From Paraspadella gotoi (Eukaryota; Animalia; Chaetognatha): DNA of 64,000 bases. Location of the stretch: assembly GCA_051294375.1 (NCBI GenBank), contig CM119266.1, forward strand, positions 222,012 to 286,011, written 5' to 3'. A program made the translations under genes and the position numbers. How positions within the stretch are numbered: the stretch's first letter is position 1; every line of letters begins with the position of its first letter. Under the pieces are notes generated by a model. That model worked only from the letters and a program-made list of their open reading frames with translations. It was not told the DNA's origin and did no database searches. This document shows, piece after piece, positions 10,607-23,083 of the stretch.

Positions 10607-13600
10607 TCAATTAAAATTTTCCTTGGCTTTCGTTTTCCGTTTTTCAATCGAGTTCATCGCCAACTCCAGCAAATCGACGATCGTGAGAAAGGAGAACCCC
10701 AGCAACAACCCCAGAAGCCCGCCGAGGTCGCTGAAGAAGGTCGTCAACGTGAGGGCGGGAGAGGATTCGCGCAACTCGATCGTCGTAGATTGGAAGTAGA
10801 TGTAGAGCTGAGAAAAATATACCCAATTTAATGTCATTGTAGGAAAAGAAAGATTTGATTTAAAATTTCCTTTTGTATTTTTCAAATAAACAGAAATGAA
10901 TACTTGAATAGTTGAAACAGTTAAATAATCGAATACTATTTTACAAAACAATTATCATATTATTATAAAATCCAGGTCTGGAATTACCTTCAACAAATTT
11001 TGTGAAATTCTTCGTCGTAATTTTTTACAATTATTTGGATACGAATCTTCTTCGCTCTGAAAAAAAGTATTTTTACATTACACTAATAATAATGTAATTT
11101 ACAGCAATTATAAAGTACTTCAGTCAGCACAAGATGTTACCAAATCATCCCGCTTTTAATAAAAATAGGTTTAAAAGTGTATTTTTATTGCAAAACGTCA
11201 AAAGTATGGTGGACTAAAATCCACCAACCATTCATCAGCGGCCATTGGTGCCGGAGGCAAGTCATTCGCCTTCTAACCCAAAGGTCCGGGGTTCTAGCCC
11301 GGTGGTCGCCAAGCAGTTGAGAGGGACGGGGCGCTTAACCCGCCTGTAACACGGTGTTACAGCCTGAACCGAAGCTCAGGGACTGCTTATATTGAATGGT
11401 TCTGTCACTAACACATAACAATAATTACTGTCTCTTCAAAAGTTTATAAATATCTCTCTCACTCCCCAAGCTTATAATTCCATACCTCGCTCTTGTTTCT
11501 GCCGTATCCGTCGGGAACTACAAATTCCCTTTCATCCAACTCCTCGAAAGTTAGGTCCCCCGGCCAATCCAGCGGCCACATTGACATGGAGGGTGTTGCC
11601 TTGAAAGTGGTTTCGAAGCAAGGGACGAAGCAGCCGCTGTTGAGTTCGAAATCTGCGAAATTCTCGATGTATCTTCGGCTCTGATTCTTGTCGCAATCGA
11701 CCTGACAGAAATTTCCAAATTCATACACGAGTACCATGTTCAAAAAATTACGCCGCGTTTGGAAATTAAGTTGAAATGAAATATATTTTTCGGTCTTTTA
11801 CAACTTACACATATACATATACACATACTTATACATATTGTCACACAATTGTATACAAGCTCTCACAACCTCTTTTGGTGAGGGGTTAGGGTTCGCTAGG
11901 GTCAGAGCTTAACAAAACCTAATCACGATCAGATCCCTATTTTCGGACTTAGCTTCTTGACGAACCGTAAAAATTTTCCTACGTATCAGACTCTCTTATC
12001 ACTGATTCAGCTACTGACTGCAAACGAATGATCGTAAATCTTAGCGGAAATGAGAACAAAATTTCAAAAACTAACTTGATCCGTCGTCGAGCAAAGGTGA
12101 TTACTGCTAACATCCTCACTCGGGATCGCAAACCATGTCGGCCAACAATCGCATTGATCCAATGTTTCGTTGAGTAGTCGAGAGTAGAGACAGTATTTTC
12201 GGGTGTAGCTGACGGAACGAGCCACGCCTCCCAGAAGAGCTGAATAGTCGCGCGGTTCCGCCCATTTCTCCACGCATTCCTTACCAGGGAGGTTGACTCT
12301 TGACACTCGCTGCTCGCCTAAGCCCAAATGCACGGCCGAGCCGGGTTTCACGTATATTCCTAGTGTCGGGTTATGATCGTACACAGCATTGCTAAATATA
12401 ATTCGATTTTCAATGTATTTTAAAACATAATTGTTGATTCTGATCTGGTCACCCTGTGAGTCTATATCCGGAAGTGAGGATCGGTTGTGAACGACGATTT
12501 TAAATCCTGCTTCCGTCATGATTTCGTTGTAAAAATCGTACATGGTGTCAAGGATAAGAATAAGTCCGTCGTTAGGCCCGGAAAAACTAGAACGTTCTGT
12601 ATTGCAAAGTTAAAAAAATCATAAAAGAATAGTATCGAGGGTGAAGTGAAAGTTTGGAATCAAAATTTAGCAGTTATATCTTGAAAACTATCATAATAGT
12701 GAATACTAATCTAAAGTTATTTTTTTGTTTTACAAATATAGTAGCCAAGTTAGCTTATTCTGTATATAATATATATATAATTTTGAGAACTGATCCAGAT
12801 TCCTCGTTAAAAGTTGATATAAGAAAATATAAATCTTTTTCAAAAATTATGTCATTAAATAGGTTAAAATTTTAAAAAATTATATTTTTAAGCTGGAAAT
12901 TAAAAATCGGTATCTTAAATACAATTTTTTATATTTTTGACCAACTTAATAAAATAATTTTCAAAAAAGAATTATACTTTCTTCTATCAACTTTTTGCAA
13001 GGAATTCAAATCCGATCTTGAAATTTAAAAATTTTCATTTTGAAATTTTAGCTTATAATATACTTATTACTATATATAAATATAGCTCACTGGTGGCCAC
13101 TATTGTATAAAATTAAAAAATAAATTTACCACGACGACGACACTGACGACGTCACAAAGAAGCTGACCTGAATCAATATCGATTCTGAACCGGCTTCGCC
13201 GGTAGGCTCGATAAAAACAACTTTTGAACAATCAATGTTAAAGGCGTAACTTCCAAAACGTTCGAAGCTGGTCTTTCCCTCTCTCCCTTCCTCTCTTTCA
13301 CTCGCCCATTCTCTCTCTCTGTTGATCTTAGTCAGTAGCTTTTCTGTCTCACTACATGTCTGTGAATCCGCGATTAGAAATGGTTTGTCAAACTCACCAT
13401 CGGATTCCACCTCGAACGTGAAACAGTTTCCGTAGATGGAGTGATAAAATATCTTGAAGTCTTTTTCGATGACGCAGTCTTTCCGGTTGAACGTGCACTT
13501 GACGACCTGCTGGGGAATCGTTTCGTTGGTCGCTTTCTGTTGATCGAGGGATTTGTAGAATTGGAATCGTTTGTCCGTTGTTTCGGCGCTGAACGAGATC

Positions 13601-14468
13601 GGCCAGAGTTGTTGCGGGAGTTTGACCTCTTCTGGGATTTCGAGACTCCCCCCTTGGTCATTTTGCTTAAGGCATTCTTTAGGGGAGAAGATAAAATGGA
13701 AATATCATGGCAAAGGAGGAACATGTGTGGTGCCCGGGGTGTGAGGCATCTCCCGACAAGTCAATGGGACGATCTGAGTTTCACCAAGCTATATGGGTGG
13801 CAAATTTAGGAATCGCCACACTATTGTCAATATCGCGATGTCAATTTAAATTTTTTTCTTAGATAAGAAAAAAATTGACCAGTCGTTCTCCAATTCAAGA
13901 TTTTTACAATTTAATGAAATTCACTAAATAATTCAGCTTATTACTTTTAGAAGCTAAGTCTAAGACTAAGAGGCCGGTCGTGTCATTTTAGCCAGTTGTA
14001 TGTTTGTACGATCAAACAGAAACCAACATATTCAAGGTGTTTCTCCGCAGTGACTTTCTTTAATCACGTGAGCACACAGTACTCAAGTATGAAACATGTG
14101 CACCAAGCATCTTCCTGTTCATCACTTATTTGTAAGCATCTTCCTGTTCATCACTTATTTGTAAATAAAAAATCTCTACTATGTAAATACAGACAAATAA
14201 AATATTCACTCATACCTTACCAGTCTGTCAAATATTAACCAAAATTATAAATTATGCCGATTTTCCAATTACCCTTCAGCGTTTCCTTAAATTTCGGATT
14301 GAGGTTGCACAGAGTGACCGCAGGAAAGGATCGTCCGCCGCCGTCGACCTCTCGATATTCGTCGAAGACAGGATACGTTAGGAAGTACAGAATGAGTTTT
14401 CCCAACAAGAAGAGAAAGACCAGCGCCAAAACCAAAATCAATAACCAACGCAGATGTTTCACATTCAT
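10607..14468 (-). CDS. DEG/ENaC (amiloride-sensitive sodium channel family) subunit, ~462 aa, 7 exons
   Basis: Exons 14468-14273, 13676-13398, 12596-12453, 12359-12076, 11701-11486, 11056-10988, 10807-10607, all phases consistent. Family signatures: TM1 followed by FPAVTLCNLN, CTFN..YGNCFTF, GPNDGLILIL, GFKIVVH..P...GIYVKPG, YTRKYC..CDC, CFVPC, LYIYF and TM2 SDLGGLLGLLLGFS. Confidence 0.95.
11238..11438 (+). mobile_element. tRNA-derived SINE, family A, full-length copy in ENaC intron 5 (antisense to the gene)
   Basis: tRNA-like head 11238-11311: acceptor stem GCGGCCA/TGGTCGC, A-box-like TGGTGCCGGAGG, B-box GGTTCTAGCCC, broken anticodon stem. A ~125-bp unique body follows. A second copy lies at 598-780. 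Confidence 0.85.
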
Positions 14469-15062
14469 TTTACTTGGCTGTTTTTTTCATAGGTACAACA
14501 TAATTTGTTGGAAGTAAATATATGAAAAGCGTCTCACTCAATGGAAATTAAAGGATTATTTTGCATGTACATTGTACAGCGTAATTTTTTTTTTCAAATT
14601 TAAACAACTGGGCTCAGTTTCTCTTTTTATTTTGTGGCTCATAACGTCCGTGTTTGCCCGAAGTAAATAATAGTAGTCTTTCAAGCATTTCTTTATTTTT
14701 CTCTTTTTGCGATCTAAAGTTTTTCCGAGCGTTCGATTAAAAAAACTATTTGTGAGCGTTTGTGCACTTTAAAAATTAATACTTTCTAGACAAAGTTTTA
14801 GCTTTTTATCGATCGTAAAATGTTTTATTTTTTTTTGGGTTAAAGTTGTTAAAGTTTATTAACGGCGCAAGACAAAAAAACTTTTAATTTGATATAAAGA
14901 AAAAAAACTCATATTTATAACACTTTGATCTAATCCTCATACAACATAGTACATTCACCAATATATAATATGACAATGCCTGAATAATAAAAACTGCAAA
15001 AACTCCAAAAAAGCCGTTTCGCTCGTTTCCTCGATAAGTCAACAATTTCCAAAAAAGCAAAT

Positions 15063-17162
15063 ATGTTTAAACAAGGCGAAATAAAATCAGGTTTTCTAGG
15101 CGAGAAACGAAGTAGGAATCGATATTCGGGAGCGACTGGGGCGAGAGCTTTGCCGACACTCGACTCGGATTGTGATGGACAAAATGTAAACAAATGTCTT
15201 TCCTCAATTGTCCCAACCTTTAATGTATTCGTTGCAATTTGTTTATTTATTACGATTCTGTTCTCTCTAGTTCCGATTCGCTAGGATCGGAACACAAAAC
15301 TGCTTCATCAATAAAAACGCACTAGAAGAAAATCTAATTATTAACGCCAATTGAAAAGAAAGATTACCAAATAAACCACTCAACTCAGTCAACAGACTTT
15401 TAACGATTACACTTGCACACTAGAGTGGAGCACTCAAAAACAAAAAAATTATTTGAATGATCGAACAAGGATATTTAGATGTGAGATAGTATGATTAACT
15501 AGTACCAAAAATTTTTTTTCATATTGTTTCGAGAACAGAATAGTAAAATATAATATATTTTTAGTAATATTTTTATAACATAGTAAATTTAATTTTTTTT
15601 TTAAACTTTTAATATAGATTCAGATTCTTCATAAAAAGTTGAATCAAAAATATAAAACATGTTATCAAAAATTCTGTCATCTTCAGCGTTTAAAACAAAA
15701 AAAAGTAAAAATTCATGACTTTTTTATTCTCTGTAGTAGAAACTTATATATGTTAAAACGTTTTCATCATTTTTATGATCCAAACATTAAAATATCATAT
15801 AACATATTTTATAAAAGTTTCTTAGGTTTTTTCTGTGAATCCAAATCTGTTCTTAAAAATAAAAAAAAATATTTTAAAATTAATGATTTTATAAGGATAT
15901 TAGTACATAAATAATTGAATTTACTTTACTGTTATGCTAAAAAAAATTTTAAAAGGATTTAAAATTCATTAATTACATGTCCATAGGCAGCAAAAAAATA
16001 ATGTTCAATCACTCAATCTTTTCATCACTCCACCCAATTGCACACTTTTCAGGCGTTTCGAGGCGGCAGCGGAGGCAGCGGCGCCTCGGACCTTACCGCT
16101 TCACTGAGGTATCAATTTGTATTTTGCTTATTTTAGACATGTTAAGAGTTGCATTTACTTTCATAGATTACTAATACGACATTCCAATCTTTAGTGAATA
16201 GCCAATCATCCTATAAATAATATTTATTAATGCTTTTAATAGTTTTTGAACCTTGGCTTCTTTTCATTCCACCAATTTCAGATCCGCAGGAAGCGACGGC
16301 TACGGTTCCGCCTGCGGCCGCAAGCAAGGATTCCGCTACGATTCGGGTTTGTTCTCCGCTCATTCCACCTTCGCCCCAAACACTTTTCAAGCCTCCCCAT
16401 TCCACAGTAAACCACCACAACGCACCACATCTACGTCTGGCGGCGGGACTTTTCGAAGTGGCTGACGTAGGGACGAGCATCGTCTCGGCGCGTGACCCTT
16501 CCTTCGAGATCGGATCTGGACGGAGGCCAGTCTTCTCTTCGCTCTACAAGAGTCTGTCGGTCGAGGAAGAGGTAAGACAAAGACCCAGAGTCAGTCACCC
16601 TACCTTTATTTTTTCAGTTTGCCTCTCTCTACTTTGGTTTTAATTTGCTTGTCTCGGCTGTAAATTTTTAAACTAACCCCTTGTGGACGCAACAAGTTAA
16701 CAAGTTAAATCCCATACATAACTGAAATATCGGAAATATCCACTTTCCCTTTCTATCTTTCCCCTTCCTTCCCTTGTCATCTTTACTTTCCCTTTCTTTT
16801 CCATTTTTCCCTTTTTTTCTTTCCTTCCTTTCTTACATCCCTCACCTTTCTTTCTTTCTCTCCCTTTCTGTTATTCTCCCTCTCCATTCCTCTCCTTTCC
16901 TTTTCTCCCTCTTACCTCCATTTCCTCTTTCTCCCCTCATCTCTCCCCTTTCCCAGGACGAGTACCGCCAGACGCCGTCCATCCGTCGCAGCGCCAATCA
17001 GTACAAAATGAGCTGCGCCGTCGGCAACGGAGACGACCTTCGCCATCTGGCGAGAGAAGAGGAGGTGGCGCTGTACCGGAGGAGAATTCAGAAGATGATG
17101 AGGAGATTCATACTCATGAACGGAGCTTGCGACGACCAGGAAAGGGGTGAGAAAGTGACTCA

Positions 17163-17197
<35 letters not shown>

Positions 17198-17308
17198 TCT
17201 CTCTCCGTGTCTCTCTCTCTCCGGGAGACGAAAAATAATAATGCCGAAAACGTAAGAGAGAAGTTTAAAAGATCAACCAGGTTTGAAGCTAATTTGGAAC
17301 CATGGAAG

Positions 17309-17395
<87 letters not shown>

Positions 17396-19923
17396 GACTG
17401 ACGGACAGAGGGACAGACTGACCAAAACAGAAGTATGCTGGGCAGACAGACAGTAAAAGATGGAAAAAGACGAAGAAAACGAAAGGCAGATAGACAAATA
17501 GGCAGAAAAGGATACCGACAAACGGAAGGAACGTAGGATAAACAGACAGACAGCCAGATAGACATACAGACCGACAGACAGACGGACCAGGTTCGAAAGA
17601 GGTCAGTCAATTCTGGAACCGAGGGAAGGACGATCTCCTTGCAATTCTCTTCTCCGTTGAATAGAAAATCCGACGTCTTCCTTTGAATGGGAGGACGAGA
17701 GGAGGGAGCGGGGAGGAGGAGGAGGAAGAAGGAAGGTGAAAAGTGAAGGGAGTGGGGGCGGGGAGGAGGAGGAAGAAGGGAAGGTGAAAAGTGAAGGGAG
17801 TGGGGGCGGGGAGGAGGAGGAAGAAGGGAAGGTGAAAGTGAAGGGAGTGGGGGCGGGGAGAGGAGGAAGAAGGGAAGGAGGAGGAAGAAGGTAAGTGAAA
17901 AGTGAAGGAGTGGGGCGGGGAGTAGGAGGAGAGGAAGAGGAGGAGAGGAAGGTGAAAGTGAAGGAGGGGGGGGGGCGGGGGAGGAAGGAGGAGGGGAAAA
18001 GGGAAGGGAAGGTGAAAAGTGAAGGGAGTGGGGCGGGGAGGAGGAGGAAGAAGGGAAGGTGAAAGTGAAGGGAGTGGGGCGGGGAGTAGGAGGAAGAAGG
18101 GAAGGAGGAGGAGAAGGTAAGGTGAAAAGTGACGGAGTGGGGCGGGGAGTAGGAGAAGAAGGGGAAGGAGAGGAATTAAGGGAAGGTGAAAAGTGAACGG
18201 GAGTGGGGGCGGGGAGTAGGAGGAAGAAGGAAGGGTGAAAAGTGAAGGGAGTGAGGGGTGAGGGAGGAGGAGAAGAATGGGAAGGTGAAAAGTGAACGGG
18301 AGTGGGGGCGGGGAGGAGGAGGAAGAAGGGAAGGTGAAAAAGTGAAGGGAGTGGGGGCGGGGAAGTAGGAGGAAGAAGGAAGGTGAAAAGTGAACGGAGT
18401 GGGGGCGGGGAGGAGGAGGAAGAAGGAAGGTGAAAAGTGAAGGGAGTGGGGGCGGGGGAGAGGAAGAAGAAGGAGGTTGAAAAGTGAAGGAGTGGGGGCG
18501 GGGAGGAGGAGGAAGAAGGGAAGGTGAAAAGTGAAGGGAGTGGGGGCGGGAGTAGGAGGAAGAAGGGAAGGTGAAAAGGGGAACGGAGTGGGGGGGGAGG
18601 AGGAGGAAGAAGGGAAGGGTGAAAAGTGAAGGAGAGTGGGGGCGGGGAGTAGGAGGAAGAAGGGAAGGTGAAAATGGGAACGGGTGGGGGCGGGGAGGAG
18701 GAGGAAGAAGGGAAGGTGAAAAGTGAAGGCGATTGGGGGCGAGTGTCGAGGCTAAAAATGGAGAGAATGCTTGGGGACAATAGAGTTTAGTATTTAACCG
18801 AGATTCATTTCGTTCAAAGACGCCACGTTGTTTATCTGTTATAGTTTGATACAATCTGTCGTCCTCTACAGTTATTGCGTGTCCTTTTCTGCAAACCGTA
18901 ATTAGACGTCTTTCATCTTTCGTCGCTGTTATTCGTCTCTGTTCGCCTTTTGTTCTTTTTTTCTGGCGACACAGTTAATCGTGGAACAAAGAGAGACTGT
19001 TAAGCGAAAAATGCTTGGAGGAGTTTTGCATAATTAGACCATCCGGTTTCAGTCGTTTTCATTTCATTTTGTCTCTCTGTCTCCTTTTTCCTTTCCTCCC
19101 TCCCCTTTTTTTCCTTTTTCCTTTTCTTTCTTTTTCATTTCTTCTTTTCCTTTCGCCTTCCTCGTTCCTTTCTTACTTCCTCCCTCCTCTTTGTCTCTTC
19201 ACCGATGAACGAATCCACGAAAGTTTCTTCCCGACTTCTTCGTCGATTCTTTCTCTGCTTCTCTCTCGCTCCTTTTCTTTTAGTTTTCTCGTCTTTTCTT
19301 TTGTTTTCCTCCTTTTTTCCTCCTTATTTTCCACGGTCTATTTTCGTCTTTTTCTTTTTACCCAATTTTATCTTCCCCTATTATTCTTCCCACTTTCCTC
19401 CCATCTCTCCCTTTCTTCCTCTTTCTTTCTTTCTTCTCTCTATTTCTTCCTTCCTCTCTTTTTAGCTCTCCCTTACTTCCTCTCCCTCTCTCCTTCTCCC
19501 TCTCTCCTTCTCCCTCTTCCTCTCTATTTCTTCCTTCCTCCCTTTTTATCTCTCCTTTCCTTCCTCTCTCTCTCCCTTTTCCAGCTTCTTTCTCTCTCCC
19601 TTACTTCCTCTCCCTCTCTCGCTCTACTATTTCTCTCTTCCTTCCTTCCTCTCGCCTGTCTCCCTCCTCTCTCTCTCTCCTTTGCTTCTCTTCTTTTCTC
19701 TCTGCTCCTCTTTCTTCGGTCCCTTTTTCTTTCTCTCTCTTCCTCAGCGCGCCATTATCACTCCGATCGTCGAACCAAAAGGCGGCGCCACTGAACTCGA
19801 TTGATCGGCTCACCGTCGCGACGACACGCACAGGCAGCACAAAGTAGCAACGGCCTCTCTCTCTCTCCTCGCTCTCTTTCTCGTCTCTCTCTCTCTCTCT
19901 GCTGCTCCTCTCTCTCCTCTTGC

Positions 19924-19956
<33 letters not shown>

Positions 19957-22734
19957 CAATGGCTATACTCAGAAGCCTCGTATTAGCGCAGCGTGCCGGA
20001 GGCAGCCGGCGGCGGCCGAGCGGCTGCTCCCTGCCTTCGACTTAACTATTCGCTCGGCTATTCTTTGGCTCCTGCTTCTCTTCTTCTCCTATCTCCCCGG
20101 ATCCGCTGCGACTGCAAAGCTCGATCCCGGTCTGAGGCCCAAGCGGATAACTAACTCTTTTTCTCGTCTCTTTACGCTCCGTACTGCCGGAGTTCTGCTT
20201 CTCTCTGCCTCCGAGCGGATCGATTATGGGTTCGCGGCGGATCCGGAAGTCTTTTTTATGAATAATGATTATATCTATGGCGGGTCATTTCAACTCATGT
20301 TGAAGAAAGAAAAGAAAGAAATAATTAAGAACAGAAAGAATAAAATGCAACACGAAAGTTAAAGAAAAACGAGAGAAAGAAAGAAGGAAAAAGAATGAAA
20401 AAAATATTAAAAAATTGAGCATACAAAAATTAACCAGATGAACAAAAAAATAAAATAAGGAAAGTGGTAAAGTAAATAGGGGGGAAAATTATGAGGAATA
20501 TCTCAACCAGAAATAAATACACAAAGTGAAAAATTTTGTATATTTGCTTCCTCATTTTTAATTCTAAGATTTTGTAGCTAAAAATAATAGATATTACTCA
20601 AAAAGATATAAATCTACCACAATAATGATTAAATATGCTGAAAACAATTGGAAAATATGAATGAAAGATAGAAAAATAATCGAAATAATATTATATAATA
20701 GTAATTTGCATTTTTGTTATCGTCTGTAGTATCGTATGAAGAGTAAAGTAGTTAGCAAAATTTAGAAAATCCAAGTAGAATCAAAATTTCCGAGCTTGGC
20801 CACCTGTGAATATTCTTTAAAAAAAAATTCTGTAGTTTTTCAATTTTAAAAATAATAGGTTGAAAAAAAAGATATTGATAGAGTAATTGCTTTTAAAATA
20901 ACAGATTACTTGACTTTTTAAGTAATGGGCAAGCGAAAAAACTCGTTTTGAATGGTAAATTAACTTCTGGTCAAGTTGCTGCATGTCTAATCTGATTAAC
21001 GACACGAATAGATCGTGGAGTGCATGATGTTTCTTAAAAATCTTGGTATAACTGGTATAGCAACTTAACAAAGTAAATGTAGATGGAAAAGTTCGCGTTA
21101 AAGTGAGTTTCATTTGTAGTGTCTTCTGGCGTACGCCAAGGAGGAGTCCTCAGTCCTTACTTATGGGCAGTAAATACGTTGTCAACAGATTTAATTTTGG
21201 AACGTAAAAAAATCAGGGTTATGGTTGTTACATAAGGACATAGTTTTTGTAGCATGCATATTTTAATGCAGACGATATACGCATTACTCTTCACCAACGA
21301 TAGAGGTTATGGGCAAGTCTTAATTGACATTTGTGCAAAATATGGCAAAGTGATTCTTTGTTTTAACAATTAGTTTCAAAAAAAACGAAAGTCATGTATT
21401 TTGGGAAGTGGCAAACTACAAATTCCAAATGATATACTTTTTTCTCGATGTAAACTGTATCGATCTAGTTGATAAATGGACATATCTAGGGTTCCCTTAG
21501 TAGTGATAAGAGCACAGCTTGAGTTTGAGCCAAGCCAAAGAATTGTATCTTTTTTTAGATCAAGTAACTGTTTGGTTTGGATAAATGCCGTTGTTAAAAC
21601 CTTCAGGAGGTCGTGGCATAGCGAGGTGGGACGTCGGGTTGCCGAGAGTGATCCGCTGGCGGTGGTGGAGGACATTATTGGATGGAAATTGTATTGATAC
21701 TACACTGTGTTCCGGTTCTCCTTTAATGGGTTGTGAGAGTAAAAAAACTTTTTCTGTAGCGTAATATGAATAGACTTAATGTTGGGCTGTAAATGATTGG
21801 TGTACGAAACGAATAGATTGTTTGGATAAATAATCGATGGGAAGTGTGAGAGAACTTAGGAGTATGTTTGGATTACACGAACCTATCTACACTTTTTTAA
21901 TAATCGTGAAGAAACCTTTAATTCTTCCAAAAGATTATATGTACAATGAAAAATACCTGTTCTTCAGAAACTTGTTTTCCATTTTTTAACAACATAATGA
22001 ACAATTTTTAATTGTTTTAAATTTTAGATTAATTAATTTTAATTTAATTAACTGTTTTGTTTTTCTTTCGTATTTTAATGTTTGTTTACTTAGAACTTAG
22101 TCTGTCTTTGTTTGTTTTGTTATGTTGATGATGATTGTACTGAATCAACCTCGTTGTATTCGAATTAAAAAATCGCAATATATAATTCCAGTCTAAAGCA
22201 GCTAAAAATTTGTACTAAGAAACTTCACAGTATTGGTTATAAATTTTTCCATTGTATAGTTTAAAAAAAACGCATTACTGTTCATGATCAACTATTCAAA
22301 TTTCCGATCTTGCAAATTTTAACTAGGCCCTTAATGAAGAGGGTATGAAGTTTAAAAACTTTACCTCAGAGAAATTTAATATTTTAATGCCTTAGCGAAA
22401 TTTGTTGAGAAATTATAAGAGAGAGGGAATGACAAATAATACATTAAATGAAAAAAAAAAAAAACAAAGATAGAAATAGAGAGTGCAGACGGCAAGAGCA
22501 AAGAGAGTTAGAAGAGCAGAGAGGAGAGAGAGAGAGATGAGAGAGGAAGAGAAGAGAGATCCGGCCCGCCGCCGCTCGGACTTTCGACCGGAAAGAAGCC
22601 GACTCACCATCGAGAGAGAGAAATCTCCCCGATCGAGCGGAAGAGAGCCCGGAAAGAGAAGTGAGTCGGTCGGAAGCCGCGCGCCGTGCCTCCGGTGGAC
22701 GGCTGCGTCCGGGCAGAAGCTGAGTATATGACTC

Positions 22735-22772
<38 letters not shown>

Positions 22773-22871
22773 ATCTGTCTCTCACCTCCTCTTCCTCTCT
22801 TACTCTCTCTCGTCGTCTCTCTCCTCTTCTCTTCTTTCTCGTCTCTCTCTTTCTCTTCTCTCTTCCTCTTC

Positions 22872-22906
<35 letters not shown>

Positions 22907-23050
22907 CTCTCTCCTCTCTCTTCTCTCTCTCTCTCTCGTTTTTCTCAGCAGATTTCTCTCTTTCTTTATACCCCACATTTATATTATTTTCCACCTACGA
23001 TTTTTTCGTTTGATTTGCATCATCCTTTTTCGTCGCGTCCTCTCTCTCTC

Positions 23051-23083
<33 letters not shown>

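Noticed and set aside
11238-11311. Functional tRNA gene (Arg-TCT or Gly-CCC)
   Set aside because: The anticodon stem does not pair, the anticodon differs between copies, and both copies share a non-tRNA body, so this is a SINE head.
13126-13397. Alternative extended ENaC exon 2 (open for ~90 codons past the donor)
   Set aside because: The downstream GTAAAT donor is phase 2 while the next acceptor needs phase 1, and the peptide has no family similarity.
16912-18854. 622-aa and 415-aa Pro/Ser/Phe-rich ORFs
   Set aside because: They are translations of the pyrimidine strand of the 48-bp minisatellite, which cannot contain stops.
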